The notes: generated from the sequence alone by a model not told the origin. A stretch of 64,000 bases of DNA from an uncultured Clostridia bacterium (GCA_910586765.1 CAJUJJ010000007.1:16687-80686); one strand, 5' to 3'. Positions 49,075 to 59,838 are shown, counted from the first letter of the stretch. Translations and numbers: made by a program.

Positions 49075-50526
49075 TCATTTAGGTGATTTTGTATGAAAAT
49101 CAGTTGCTTTTTGGAAGGCAAAACCTGCATTCAATAATATTTCTTCACTAAAAGCCTTTCCGATTAACTGTAATCCAATAGGAAGCCCTGTTTTATCAAA
49201 TCCACAAGGTACAACAAGTCCGGGAAGTCCTGCTAAATTGACAGAAACAGTACAAATATCACTCAAATACATTTTTAATGTATCTTTAAAACTCTCTCCT
49301 ATTTTTGGTGCTGTAGTAGGTGCTGTTGGTGTCAAAAGAAAATCATATTTACTAAAAGCATCATCATAAGATTGTTTAATTAGTGCTTTTACTTGTAATG
49401 CCTTATTATAATACGCATCATAATAGCCACTACTTAACACAAATGCTCCAATTAAAATTCTCTTTTTTACTTCTGAACCAAAACCCTCACTTCTTGATTG
49501 ATAATATAAATCTACTAAATCATCATACTTTTCTGCACAATGACCATATTTAATGCCATCGTATCTTGATAAGTTACTACTTGCTTCTGCACAAGCAGCA
49601 ATATAATAAGCAGGGATAGCATACTTAATAGTAGGCATTTTAATTTCTTCTACTATTGCACCAAGACTTTCATATATTTTTGCAGCTTTATAAATCGCTT
49701 CTTTTACATCTACATCTATACCTTCTCCAAAAAAGTCTACTGGAATACCAATCTTTTTACCTTTCATGTTTTCACATAATGTAAAAGAAGGAACTGGTTG
49801 ATTTACTGATGTACTATCTTTTTTATCATGTCCTGCAATAATTTTATAAATTTCAGCAACATCTTCTACATTTTTCGCCATAGGGCCAATTTGGTCTAAT
49901 GAAGAAGCATAAGCAATTAAACCATAACGAGATACTGTACCATAAGTTGGTTTTAATCCAGTAATACCACAATAAGATGCTGGCTGTCTAATAGAACCGC
50001 CTGTGTCAGAACCTAACGTATAATATGCTTCTTCTGCTGCAACTGCTGCGGCAGAACCGCCACTACTTCCTCCTGGAACGTGTTCTATATTCCAGGGATT
50101 TTTTGTAATGCCAAAATATGATGTTTCTGATGTACTTCCCATAGCAAACTCGTCCATATTTGTTTTACCCACAATGACTGCACCAGCATCTTGCAATTTT
50201 TGTACTGCTGTTGCAGTATAAACTGGTTTAAATGTTTCTAACATACGAGAAGAACAAGAGGTTTGCATACCTTTTGTACACATATTATCTTTTACTGCTG
50301 CTGGTACGCCTGCTAAAGGTGTATTTAATTCTCCACTATCTATCTTTTTTTGTACTGCTTCCGCTTCTGCTAATGCTTCTTTTTCGCAAACAGTAACATA
50401 ACAATGGTATTTTTGTTCTTTATTTTGAATATTTTCCAAAACAGCTTTTGTTGCTTCTACAACGCCAACTTCTTTTGACTTTATTTTTTTGCCCAGCTCC
50501 AATGCTGACAGCTGACATAACTCCAT
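49075..50526 (-). CDS. gatA: Asp/Glu-tRNA amidotransferase subunit A
   Basis: GKTNMDEFAMGS, PGGSSGGS, GSDTGGSIRQPA. Confidence 0.98.
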   Translation of the reverse strand: MELCQLSALELGKKIKSKEVGVVEATKAVLENIQNKEQKYHCYVTVCEKEALAEAEAVQKKIDSGELNTPLAGVPAAVKDNMCTKGMQTSCSSRMLETFKPVYTATAVQKLQDAGAVIVGKTNMDEFAMGSTSETSYFGITKNPWNIEHVPGGSSGGSAAAVAAEEAYYTLGSDTGGSIRQPASYCGITGLKPTYGTVSRYGLIAYASSLDQIGPMAKNVEDVAEIYKIIAGHDKKDSTSVNQPVPSFTLCENMKGKKIGIPVDFFGEGIDVDVKEAIYKAAKIYESLGAIVEEIKMPTIKYAIPAYYIAACAEASSNLSRYDGIKYGHCAEKYDDLVDLYYQSRSEGFGSEVKKRILIGAFVLSSGYYDAYYNKALQVKALIKQSYDDAFSKYDFLLTPTAPTTAPKIGESFKDTLKMYLSDICTVSVNLAGLPGLVVPCGFDKTGLPIGLQLIGKAFSEEILLNAGFAFQKATDFHTKSPK

Positions 50527-50538
50527 ACTTTATACCTC

Positions 50539-50826
50539 CTATTCTACTGCTTTTGGCACTTTGAAACAGCCTTCTTTTTTATTTGCGGCATTTAATATAA
50601 CATATTCTCTTTCTATGGAAGGCTGTACAGCATCTTCACGAAATACATTTTTCACTGGAAAAGCATGGCTCATTGCTTCAATACCCGTTGTATCTAATTC
50701 ATTCAATATATCCATATATTCCACAATTTTATTAATTTCTTGTTTTGTTTTTTCTCTTTCTTCTTCTGAAATATGAAGACGAGCTAGTATGCCAATATAA
50801 TCTAACAATTCGTCTGTAATTTTCAT
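50539..50826 (-). CDS. gatC: Asp/Glu-tRNA amidotransferase subunit C
   Basis: LARL, NVFRED, CFKVP. Confidence 0.95.
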   Translation of the reverse strand: MKITDELLDYIGILARLHISEEEREKTKQEINKIVEYMDILNELDTTGIEAMSHAFPVKNVFREDAVQPSIEREYVILNAANKKEGCFKVPKAVE

Positions 50827-50853
50827 ATCTATAACATTCCTTTCTTTGTACAA

Positions 50854-52182
50854 TTATGGTTCCAATCTGCTCATATCTCTTGGGAACATAGCAGCTACAC
50901 GTACATTTGTTTCATCTAATAACTTCATACAAAGTCTTTCTAAACCAATACCCCAACCGCCATGTGGTGGCATACCATGTTTGTGTATCATTAAATAGCT
51001 TTCAAAATCTTCAGGATTTAAACCTTTTGACTGCATTTTTGCCACTTGTGTATCATAATCATGTATTCTTTGTCCGCCTGTTGTAATTTCCATTCCTCTA
51101 AATAATAAGTCAAAGCTCAATGTAAATTTATCATTTTCTGGGTCGTCCATAGCATAGAAAGGACGTTTTTTTACAGGATAATGTGTTACAAAAACAAACT
51201 CACTGTTGTATTTTTCTGCGAACAATTTAGAAATCAGTTGTTCTTCTTCTGGTTCTAAATCATAAGGGTCTTTTATTTTTCTGTTGTATTCTTTTGCAAT
51301 CATTTCTTTTGCATCTTTAAAGCGTACTGTAGGGATAGTATCAATTTCTGGAATAGGCACATTCAATATTTTTATTTCTCTTGCATACTCTTTTTTTAAC
51401 AATTCCATAGTATATTTTAATGCACCTGTTTCCACTTCCATTAAATCTACAAAACTGTCAATAAATCCCATTTCCATATCAATGCCCATATATTCATTCA
51501 AGTGTCTTGTTGTATTGTGTTTTTCTGCTCTAAAAACATGACTGATTTCAAATACTTTTTCATAAACACCTACAAGCATTTGTTTATAAAATTGAGGACT
51601 TTGTGCTAAATATGCTTTTTTTCCAAAATAATCTAATTTGAATATATTTGCTCCGCCTTCTGCACCACTTGCTACAATTTTAGGGGTATTGATTTCAGTA
51701 AAGCCATTTCTGCTAAAATATTCCCTAAATCCTCTAATAACACCTTCTTGTATTTTAAATATTGCACGTTCTCTATTGTTTCTCAATGTAATAGGACGCT
51801 GTGCAATATTTGTTTCCAAAGACATTCCTAATTTTCTTTTAGAAAGATTGATAGCAGGAGCTTCTTTAGGCTTTGTTAAAACTTCTGCATTTAATAAATG
51901 AATTTCAAAACCACCTGGTGCTCTTTCATCTTTTTTCAGTTTTCCTTCTACATTAATAGACATTTCAACGCCTAAATCTTCTAATGCAAAATGAGACTCT
52001 CCTTTATTAAATACACATTGCACTAAACCATCTCTTTTACGCAATGTCAAAAATCCAAAATCCCCCATATTTTTAATGGAATAAATCATACCATGTGTTT
52101 TTACAATAGAATTATCTTCTGCTTGCATTAAATCAGAAAATTCCATATCTTTTGCTTCACAGCTTCCTGTTACAAAATCCAT
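50854..52182 (-). CDS. aspS: Short archaeal-type aspartyl-tRNA synthetase, probably non-discriminating
   Basis: AYLAQSPQFYKQ, FRAEKHNTTRH, GMPPHGGWGIGLER; no bacterial GAD insert; heads the gatCAB operon. Confidence 0.92.
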   Translation of the reverse strand: MDFVTGSCEAKDMEFSDLMQAEDNSIVKTHGMIYSIKNMGDFGFLTLRKRDGLVQCVFNKGESHFALEDLGVEMSINVEGKLKKDERAPGGFEIHLLNAEVLTKPKEAPAINLSKRKLGMSLETNIAQRPITLRNNRERAIFKIQEGVIRGFREYFSRNGFTEINTPKIVASGAEGGANIFKLDYFGKKAYLAQSPQFYKQMLVGVYEKVFEISHVFRAEKHNTTRHLNEYMGIDMEMGFIDSFVDLMEVETGALKYTMELLKKEYAREIKILNVPIPEIDTIPTVRFKDAKEMIAKEYNRKIKDPYDLEPEEEQLISKLFAEKYNSEFVFVTHYPVKKRPFYAMDDPENDKFTLSFDLLFRGMEITTGGQRIHDYDTQVAKMQSKGLNPEDFESYLMIHKHGMPPHGGWGIGLERLCMKLLDETNVRVAAMFPRDMSRLEP

Positions 52183-52303
52183 TTTTTTACTCTCTCCTTT
52201 ATCACTCAATGTCACAGTATCAAAAATTGACACTTTTAAACTATCTTATAAGATACCATAATTTCACAGCAAAAGCAATGCTATTGTGTTGAAAAAGATA
52301 GCA

Positions 52304-53422
52304 TTAGTGTAATACTTCATCTATAAAATAACCATTTTTATAAAAAAGTTGTCCATCTGCATAAATTTCGCCTTGCTGTTTCATATCATTTATCATATCC
52401 CAATGTATAGCAGACTCATTTTTTCCACCTGCCTCTTGAAATGCTTCCCCTATTGCCATATGAATAGAGCCACCTATTTTTTCATCAAATAGTATATTTT
52501 TTGTGTGTTTTTGTATGCCATAGTTTGTACCGATTGCTACTTCTCCAAAATAACGGGAACCTTCATCAGTATCAATATAAGAAAGTAAATCTTTTTGTTT
52601 TTGTTCATTTTTACAACTAGCTTCTACTATTTTACCTTGCTTTACAACTAATTTTACTTCTTCAAATTCATGTCCATTTATAATAGAAGGATAAGAAAAT
52701 GTAATATATCCATTAATGTCATTTTCTACTGGAGAAGTAAATATTTCTCCATCTGGAAAATTTTCTTTTCCGCAGCAATTTATCCATTTCCTCCCAGAAA
52801 TATTCACTACAATATCTGTATCTTTTGAAATAATATGCAGTTGTTTTTTTGTGTTTAAATATTCTACCCATTTTTGTTGATACTTTTCTATTTCTTTCCA
52901 TTTTGCAACAGGATTTTCTGTATTTAAAAAACCTGCTTGGTATACAAAATCCTCATATTCTTCTAAACTCATACCTGCATTTTGTGCATCACCATTTGTA
53001 GGAAATTGTGTACCACACCACTTTAAAGAACCATCTCCCATTCTTTTAGAATAAATTTTTCTATTTTGTTGATTTGCTAGTCTTCTCATTTTCAATTTTT
53101 CGCTGTCTACATTTTGAAAAGTTTTTACATTGTCACTTCCCCACGCACTAATCCAAACATCACTTTTTGCACATTCTCCAAAACGAAAATTAGGCTGTGC
53201 AATTTGTGTATTAGTTCCTTCTTTTACAATCATAGCATCTACATTAGGCATATCTACAAAATAACGTACTATTCCTCCTGCTCTCACTGCTGCTCTTGCA
53301 ACCGCTTGTATAAAAGGCAATGCACAGTCTTCTGCTGAAATACAAACATCATCTCCTGCTTTTACTCCTGTAGAATATTTTACAAGCACATCTGCTAATT
53401 TTTCTAGTCTTTCATCTCTCAT
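52304..53422 (-). CDS. M29 aminopeptidase (AmpS/PepS family)
   Basis: NFPDGEIFT, GEVAIG, LFDEK, HMAIG, SAIHWDM. Confidence 0.93.
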   Translation of the reverse strand: MRDERLEKLADVLVKYSTGVKAGDDVCISAEDCALPFIQAVARAAVRAGGIVRYFVDMPNVDAMIVKEGTNTQIAQPNFRFGECAKSDVWISAWGSDNVKTFQNVDSEKLKMRRLANQQNRKIYSKRMGDGSLKWCGTQFPTNGDAQNAGMSLEEYEDFVYQAGFLNTENPVAKWKEIEKYQQKWVEYLNTKKQLHIISKDTDIVVNISGRKWINCCGKENFPDGEIFTSPVENDINGYITFSYPSIINGHEFEEVKLVVKQGKIVEASCKNEQKQKDLLSYIDTDEGSRYFGEVAIGTNYGIQKHTKNILFDEKIGGSIHMAIGEAFQEAGGKNESAIHWDMINDMKQQGEIYADGQLFYKNGYFIDEVLH

Positions 53423-53547
53423 ATTTTTATTCCTTTCTTTCATTTGTATTTTTTTCAGTATAGCACTTAGCAAAAAAAGTCACAATGTATATTTTATAAA
53501 ATTTTTCTTGACTTTTCATCATGCTGTATGTATCATAAAAAAATAAG

Positions 53548-53770
53548 AAAAAGCGATGACAGAAGACTATTAAAAAAGCTCTTTGTGTACAGAGAAAAGG
53601 CGTTTGCTGAAAGCCTAAACAAATCTTTTTGAACCTACTTCTTGAGTTCTGTGCTAAAACACAGCGTTTTCCTGCGTTAAAGGGATAGAGTGGATAATAT
53701 TTTTTATTATCAACAAGGGTGGTACCGTCGTGACTTGACCCCTTTTATGAGGGAAGCAAGTCTTTTTTTA
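53548..53770 (+). ncRNA. Pro T-box riboswitch
   Basis: AGAGA and GCTGA stem I motifs, specifier CCT (53634-53636), AAGGGTGGTACCG (53715-53727), terminator; promoter TTGACT-17-TATCAT (53508-53536). Confidence 0.92.
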
Positions 53771-53812
53771 TGCCCTTGATGATAGTATCATCAAATTAGG
53801 AGGAATGAAACT

Positions 53813-55249
53813 ATGGCAAAAGAAAAAAAATTAGTAGAAGCAATTACTGACATGGAAAAAGATTTTGCACAATGGTATACTGATGTTGTAAAAAAAGCAG
53901 ATTTAACAGACTATTCTCAATTAAAAGGTTGTATGATTATACGTCCTTATGGCTATGCAATATGGGAATTGATACAAAAACAAATGGACGAGCGTTTTAA
54001 ACAAACAGGACACGAAAATGTATATATGCCTATGTTTATACCAGAAAGTCTTTTACAAAAAGAAAAAGACCATGTGGAAGGTTTTGCACCAGAAGTTGCT
54101 TGGGTAACACACGGTGGAGAAACAGAATTACAAGAAAGAATTTGTGTACGTCCTACTTCTGAAACATTATTCTGCGAACATTACTCCAATATTATACAAT
54201 CTTACAGAGATTTACCAAAACTTTACAATCAATGGTGTTCTGTAGTACGTTGGGAAAAAACAACAAGACCATTTTTGAGAACAACAGAATTTTTATGGCA
54301 AGAAGGTCATACTGCTCATGCTACTGCGGAAGAAGCACAAGAAGAAACCATTAAAATGTTAAATGTTTATGCAGACTTTTGCCACGATGTATTAGCAATT
54401 CCTGTTATAAAAGGAGAAAAAACAGCAAAAGAACGTTTTGCAGGAGCAAAAGCAACTTATACTATTGAAAGTTTAATGCACGATGGCAAAGCATTACAAT
54501 CTGGTACAAGTCACAATTTTGGAGATGGTTTTGCAAAAGCATTTGAAATACAATACACAGACAAAAACAATCAATTACAATATGTTCACCAAACTTCTTG
54601 GGGTACTACTACTCGTTTAATTGGTGCAATTATTATGGTACACGGTGACAATAGTGGTCTTGTACTTCCTCCAAAAATTGCACCTACACAAGTTATTATG
54701 ATACCTATTGCACAGCATAAAGAAGGGGTATTACAAAAAGCAGAAGAATTAAAAACAATGTTGTCAAATGTTTGCAGAGTAAAATTAGACGATAGTGATA
54801 AATCTGCTGGCTGGAAATTTAGTGAATATGAAATGAAAGGTGTACCAATTCGTTTAGAAATAGGCCCTAAAGATATTGAAAAAAATCAAGTTGTATTGGC
54901 TCGCCGTGACACTGGAGAAAAAGAAATTGTTTCTATAGATAATTTAGAAGCAAGAGTAAAGCAACTTTTAGAAGAAATACAATCTAATTTATTGCAAAGA
55001 GCAACACAACGTCGTGATTCTAAAACATATGTGGCAAAAACAATGGAAGAATTTGAAAAACAAATTAACAAAACACCTGGATTTATTAAAGCAATGTGGT
55101 GTGGCGACCAAGCTTGTGAAGATGCTATTAAAGAAAAAACTGCTGCAACTTCTCGTTGTATTCCTTTTGAGCAAGAACATATTTCAGATACTTGTATCTG
55201 TTGTGGTAAACCTGCAAAGCATATGGTTTATTGGGGCAGGGCTTACTAA
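53813..55249 (+). CDS. proS: Prolyl-tRNA synthetase (archaeal/eukaryote-type)
   Basis: [27 protein letters not shown]-terminal Zn-binding domain ending GRAY. Confidence 0.97.
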   Translation: MAKEKKLVEAITDMEKDFAQWYTDVVKKADLTDYSQLKGCMIIRPYGYAIWELIQKQMDERFKQTGHENVYMPMFIPESLLQKEKDHVEGFAPEVAWVTHGGETELQERICVRPTSETLFCEHYSNIIQSYRDLPKLYNQWCSVVRWEKTTRPFLRTTEFLWQEGHTAHATAEEAQEETIKMLNVYADFCHDVLAIPVIKGEKTAKERFAGAKATYTIESLMHDGKALQSGTSHNFGDGFAKAFEIQYTDKNNQLQYVHQTSWGTTTRLIGAIIMVHGDNSGLVLPPKIAPTQVIMIPIAQHKEGVLQKAEELKTMLSNVCRVKLDDSDKSAGWKFSEYEMKGVPIRLEIGPKDIEKNQVVLARRDTGEKEIVSIDNLEARVKQLLEEIQSNLLQRATQRRDSKTYVAKTMEEFEKQINKTPGFIKAMWCGDQACEDAIKEKTAATSRCIPFEQEHISDTCICCGKPAKHMVYWGRAY

Positions 55250-55285
55250 AAATAATATTAATCTCAAAAAAAGGGGTACAGCAGT

Positions 55286-55885
55286 ATGAAAAAAACAATT
55301 TTATTTGTGATTTTGCAACAGTATGCAGATTGGGAAGCTGCTTATATAACATCTGCAATCAATATGCTGTGTCAAGGACAATATGATATTAAAACAGTAT
55401 CATTGTCAAAAGATTTTGTACAATCAATAGGTGGATTTAAAGTATTGCCTGATTATGATATTTCATCTGTACCAAATGATTATGAAGCTCTCATTTTAAT
55501 AGGCGGAATGACATGGAGAAATGAAAATTCTAAACAAGTGAAAACACTTGTAGAAGACTGCCTTCAAAAGGGAAAAATATTAGGAGGTATTTGTGACGCA
55601 TCAGCTTTTTTAGCTACAATAGGTGCTTTAAATGAAGTATATCATACAAGTAATGATTTAAACGACTTAAAACAATGGGCAGGCTCTATTTATACAGGAG
55701 AAGCAAAATATATTTCAAAACAAGCAATCAGAGATAAAAATATTATTACAGCAAATGGTACTGCAACGCTGGAATTTGCCAAAGAAATTTTATTTGCATT
55801 AAATATAGCTAGTGAAAAAAGCATAACAGAATGGTACAATTTCCATAAATTAGGCGTATATACTGCAACTATGCCTAGTATGTAA
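55286..55885 (+). CDS. DJ-1/PfpI family protein (YdeA-like)
   Basis: YADWEAAY, SIGG, LIGG, GICDA, ITANG. Confidence 0.88.
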   Translation: MKKTILFVILQQYADWEAAYITSAINMLCQGQYDIKTVSLSKDFVQSIGGFKVLPDYDISSVPNDYEALILIGGMTWRNENSKQVKTLVEDCLQKGKILGGICDASAFLATIGALNEVYHTSNDLNDLKQWAGSIYTGEAKYISKQAIRDKNIITANGTATLEFAKEILFALNIASEKSITEWYNFHKLGVYTATMPSM

Positions 55886-55897
55886 CAAACAACACTT

Positions 55898-55923
55898 AAG
55901 CCTCAAGACTTTACTTGAGGCTA
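55898..55923 (+). terminator. Terminator-like hairpin
   Basis: AGCCTCAAG...CTTGAGGCT. Confidence 0.65.
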
Positions 55924-55949
55924 TATTTATAAAAAAGGATAGATGTATA

Positions 55950-56312
55950 ATGATACAAAAATTAAAATTATTACAAAGCGCTGTACAAAATAATAAATAC
56001 ATTGTTGCTCTATTTACAATATTTTGTTTTATACTTCCCTTTCTGTTTTTTGGAAATATTAGTTTTTATATTTGGAATGGTGATTTATTAGATTTTGGAG
56101 ATTTTTTTTGGACTGGATTTTATAGCATACTATTTCATATTATATTATTTCGTCATTGTAAATTTTTACAAATAGCAAGATTTTTATTTAATATTTTTAA
56201 TCTATGTATTTTAGTTAGTTTTTATGTTTTTGGTATCTTGATGCAGGGAATAGATGGTTTAACTACAATGCTTCTACACTCTATCATACCGTTTGGTAGT
56301 ATTTTCATATAA
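55950..56312 (+). CDS. Hypothetical membrane protein (3-4 TM)
   Basis: AAGGA RBS; hydrophobic Phe-rich helices; followed by a terminator hairpin. Confidence 0.65.
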   Translation: MIQKLKLLQSAVQNNKYIVALFTIFCFILPFLFFGNISFYIWNGDLLDFGDFFWTGFYSILFHIILFRHCKFLQIARFLFNIFNLCILVSFYVFGILMQGIDGLTTMLLHSIIPFGSIFI

Positions 56313-56370
56313 AAAAATATCACTCAACCACCATTTTTTTGATATTTATGATTGAGTGATATATTATTTT

Positions 56371-57033
56371 TTATTCTCCTGCTGCCATCAAAAAATAATA
56401 CATAGGTTTTAATATACGAAATCCTTTTTCTAATTCTTTATAAAAATCTGTGCGATACAATGTTTGAAAATCTTTACTTGTTTTGATAAAGCTAATACTT
56501 TTTCTGTTTAACCAATTTTGTAATTCTTTAGGTTGTTCTGTAAAACGATTTCTTTTATAAAATTCTCCATCTATTTCAAATAGACTTTGTTTTTCATATG
56601 CTTTTTTTGCTTCTAAAAAACGTTTATCTTCTTTTAATATTAACTGTCTAAGTGCTTCCATTTGTTTAGGAGGTGCTTCATAATATCCACAGCCATATCT
56701 AAAAAATGTAGGACAAAATTCTATAAAAAATACAGGGGAACTATATTTCTTTTTATCTCTTGCAAAAACACACCACATAATATCTCTATACAATGTTTTA
56801 TCTTTTGAAAATCGAATATCTCTATATACTCTGGAAATACTTTTACCTATTTTAGGTACGACAATGAGTAAAGGGTCAATTTCATAAAGCGGTTTTTGTA
56901 ATTGCTCTACCAATTCTATCATAGGTGCTAAAACAAATTCTTGAAACTCATTTTTATGTTCTGTATACCAGTCACGACTATTTTTTATTCTATTTTCCCA
57001 TAAAAATTGTAATGTTTTTTCAGAAATAGGCAT
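56371..57033 (-). CDS. DUF2461 family protein
   Basis: NSRDWYTEHK, SRVYRDIRFSKDKTLY. Confidence 0.88.
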   Translation of the reverse strand: MPISEKTLQFLWENRIKNSRDWYTEHKNEFQEFVLAPMIELVEQLQKPLYEIDPLLIVVPKIGKSISRVYRDIRFSKDKTLYRDIMWCVFARDKKKYSSPVFFIEFCPTFFRYGCGYYEAPPKQMEALRQLILKEDKRFLEAKKAYEKQSLFEIDGEFYKRNRFTEQPKELQNWLNRKSISFIKTSKDFQTLYRTDFYKELEKGFRILKPMYYFLMAAGE

Positions 57034-57037
57034 ATCA

Positions 57038-57799
57038 TTACTCCTTTTTTGTTTTTAATTCGTTACATAAAATTTCTGGGTGATGATAACGTTTTTTTCC
57101 TATTGTTGTCTTTTTCCATTCTATAGCATTTTTAGGACACCAATGCAAACATGCAAGGCAATTTTCACAATGATGTTGAAAAACAGGCTTACCCTCTTTT
57201 AATATAATATTTCCAGAAGGACATACCTGCTGACAAGTACCGCATGAAATGCAGTCACTTGTAATATGAAATCCCTTATCGCTATTGGGGTATTCTTTTA
57301 AATATAATTTGTAAAATGCCTTAGAAATCATACCTACTTTTGGTATATTATTTTTTTGTTTTTGGGCAACTGCTTCTGCAATTTCATTTGCTTTTTTATT
57401 TTCAGACTGTACTAATTTTGATATAGATTTTTGTTTTATACGATATTTTGTAATATTATTTGCTACTGTTCTGATAGTTTTTCCAAAACTTAACTGCTGT
57501 CCTTTTTTATTTAATATACTGTTTAGCTGTCCCAATGCTCCACCACTGGAAAGTCCACAAGTTGTTACAGCAAATATATATGGATTTCCTTCTATTTTTA
57601 ATTTTTTAGCAAAACGTGCTACTAACATCGGTAATCCCCAGTAAAATGTAGGATATACAAATCCCACTACATCTTTATTACATTTTATTGAAGTTTTGGT
57701 TGTAATTTTAACTACTTCTGCATCAATTTTCTTAGCTATTATTTTCGCTGCTTGTAAACTATTTCCTGTTGCTGAAAAATAATAAATAACTCCACTCAT
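57038..57799 (-). CDS. EFR1-family flavodoxin-ferredoxin fusion
   Basis: YFSATGNS flavodoxin motif; CISCGTCQQVCP and CENCLACLHWCP. Confidence 0.9.
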   Translation of the reverse strand: MSGVIYYFSATGNSLQAAKIIAKKIDAEVVKITTKTSIKCNKDVVGFVYPTFYWGLPMLVARFAKKLKIEGNPYIFAVTTCGLSSGGALGQLNSILNKKGQQLSFGKTIRTVANNITKYRIKQKSISKLVQSENKKANEIAEAVAQKQKNNIPKVGMISKAFYKLYLKEYPNSDKGFHITSDCISCGTCQQVCPSGNIILKEGKPVFQHHCENCLACLHWCPKNAIEWKKTTIGKKRYHHPEILCNELKTKKE

Positions 57800-58428
57800 A
57801 ACTGTTCCTCTCTTTTCTGTTTTTGTATTGTAACAGCATCTGCAAACAGTGCATTTGCAAATATAGAATTTTTTAATAAATCTTTGCAATCTCCTTGATA
57901 TACTATTTGTTGCGTTGTAAGCATTGCAGTAATACCGTGTACTAATGCAATCATAGCGATTAAAGTATCTAATCGTTTTTGAGGAGGATATTCTATTTTT
58001 TCCATAATATCAAATGCTGCTTTTTTAAAAATACTACAAGGTGTATAGCTGTTTTCTAATATGCCATTTTCAGTAAAATCAAATTGTATTCCTGATTTTC
58101 CATATAAAAATGTAAAATATTGCTTATGTTCTACAAAAAAAGAAATATAAGCATTTCCTAAATAAAACATAATGTCAATATCATTTTTATGCTGTTGTAC
58201 TGTTTTTTCCAATACTTCTGTAAATTGTTTTGTAACGTGTTCTTTCATTGCTTCCATAAGAGCCTCTTTGTTTTCAAAATGGCTGTAAGGTGCAGCGTGA
58301 CTCACACCACATTTTGCTGCTACTTTTCTCAATGAAAAATGTTGCTGTCCTTGTTCATTCAGTAAAGCAATACCTGCTTCAATTAGTGTATTTCTTAAAT
58401 TACCATGATGGTATGGTTTTTGTTGCAA
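57796..58428 (-). CDS. TetR/AcrR family regulator
   Basis: YHHGNLR, SLRKVAAKCGVSHAAPYSHF; TTG start behind GGAGG; ATGA overlap with next gene. Confidence 0.93.
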   Translation of the reverse strand: MQQKPYHHGNLRNTLIEAGIALLNEQGQQHFSLRKVAAKCGVSHAAPYSHFENKEALMEAMKEHVTKQFTEVLEKTVQQHKNDIDIMFYLGNAYISFFVEHKQYFTFLYGKSGIQFDFTENGILENSYTPCSIFKKAAFDIMEKIEYPPQKRLDTLIAMIALVHGITAMLTTQQIVYQGDCKDLLKNSIFANALFADAVTIQKQKREEQL

Positions 58429-58442
58429 ATTTTCACCTCCCA

Positions 58443-58491
58443 ATGTTTACGCTGTAAAGATAATATCATACTATGTTTACACTGTCAATAT
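58443..58491 (-). promoter_or_regulatory. tetR promoter with two palindromic operators
   Basis: TTGACA-17-TATTAT (58488-58460); ATGTTTACGCTGTAAAGAT (58443-58461) and ATGTTTACACTGTCAATAT (58473-58491). Confidence 0.75.
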
Positions 58492-58545
58492 TTATTGATA
58501 AAAAAAACACTTACCATTACGATAAGTGTTTTTGTTTGTTTTATA

Positions 58546-58902
58546 TTAGTTTAACTTTGCTTTTGCAGCATCAACTAATTTTGTAAAAGCAGCTGCATCT
58601 GTTACAGCCAAATCAGCCAACATTTTTCTGTTAATGTTGATGTCAGCCAATTTCAAGCCGTGCATCAATTTACTGTAAGAAATATCATTTAATCTAGCTG
58701 CTGCATTAATTCTAGTAATCCAAAGACTTCTGTATTCTCTTTTTGTTTGTTTTCTGCCTGCAAAAGAATAAGCCATAGCTTTCATTACAGATTGTTTTGC
58801 TACTCTGTATTGTTTGCTTCTAGCACCTCTATAACCTTTTGCTAATTTCAAAACTTTTTTATGTCTTTTTCTTGCGTTTAACGCACCTTTTACTCTTGCC
58901 AT
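58546..58902 (-). CDS. rplT: 50S ribosomal protein L20
   Basis: [17 protein letters not shown]. Confidence 0.98.
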   Translation of the reverse strand: MARVKGALNARKRHKKVLKLAKGYRGARSKQYRVAKQSVMKAMAYSFAGRKQTKREYRSLWITRINAAARLNDISYSKLMHGLKLADININRKMLADLAVTDAAAFTKLVDAAKAKLN

Positions 58903-58931
58903 GTTTCAAGTCCTCCTAACAATTTTATCAA

Positions 58932-59132
58932 TTATGCGTATGGTAACAGTTTTTTCTTAACGCTGTTTAAAACTGTTTTGTCAACCAATGTTGCGTGTCT
59001 TAAATTTCTTTTTCTTTTTCTGGACTTTTTGCCAAGAATATGTTGTGTATTAGATTTATTTCTTTTCAACTGACCAGTTGCAGTAATTCTGAAACGTTTT
59101 GCTGCTGCTTTTTTAGTTTTTAATTTAGGCAT
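58932..59132 (-). CDS. rpmI: 50S ribosomal protein L35
   Basis: [14 protein letters not shown]. Confidence 0.97.
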   Translation of the reverse strand: MPKLKTKKAAAKRFRITATGQLKRNKSNTQHILGKKSRKRKRNLRHATLVDKTVLNSVKKKLLPYA

Positions 59133-59157
59133 ATTAAAATTCCTCCTATGTCATTTA

Positions 59158-59664
59158 TCAATTTTTTGGTGCAAGGAACATAACCAAGCTTTTTGCTTCC
59201 ATTTTAGCTGGTTTGTCTATGATACCATATTCTTCCACATCTTTTGCAAAATTTTCTAATATCACCATAGCAGATTTAGAATGACCAATTTCACGGCCTC
59301 TAAAACGGATACTAATTTTTACCTTGTCACCATTTTTCAAAAATTCAATCGCTTTTTTCACTTTTACCTGCACATCATGAGTATCTATGCTAGGGGAAAG
59401 ACGCAATTCTTTAATGTCAACGGTTTTCTGTTTTTTTCTAGCTTCTTTTTCTTTTTTTGTTTGGTCAAATTTATATTTGCCATAGTCCATAATACGGCAG
59501 ACTGGCGGTTTTGCTGTCGGAGCAATTTTCACCAAATCCAGTTTTCTTTCATCAGCCAACTTTTGTGCTTCTCTTGAAGATACAATGCCTAGCTGTGCAC
59601 CATTTTCATCAATCAATCTTACTTCCTTATCCCTAACTTGCTCATTAATCATTAACTCAGTAAT
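59158..59664 (-). CDS. infC: Translation initiation factor IF-3 (ATT start)
   Basis: INEQVRDKEVRLI, PPVCRIMDYGKYKF, FRGRE; GGAGG 8 nt before an in-frame ATT. Confidence 0.95.
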   Translation of the reverse strand: MTELMINEQVRDKEVRLIDENGAQLGIVSSREAQKLADERKLDLVKIAPTAKPPVCRIMDYGKYKFDQTKKEKEARKKQKTVDIKELRLSPSIDTHDVQVKVKKAIEFLKNGDKVKISIRFRGREIGHSKSAMVILENFAKDVEEYGIIDKPAKMEAKSLVMFLAPKN

Positions 59665-59699
59665 ATAAAGCACCTCCCATAATATACAGTATTTTCTCA

Positions 59700-59838
59700 A
59701 AAAAAAAGCAGATAGAAGACTATCCACATAAAATACACTTACAAAACAGTACAAATTGCTTGCACTGCTTTTCTGATAGTATAAACCTTATGCACATCTG
59801 TATGATAAGGTGAGAAGTGGATACTTCTGCTTTGTTAC
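59700..59838 (-). ncRNA. L20 leader (infC-rpmI-rplT attenuator)
   Basis: AGCAGAAGTATCCACTTCTCACCT...AGG...GTGGATAG...TCTGCTTTTTT; promoter TTGACA-17-TATAGT (59873-59845). Confidence 0.85.
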
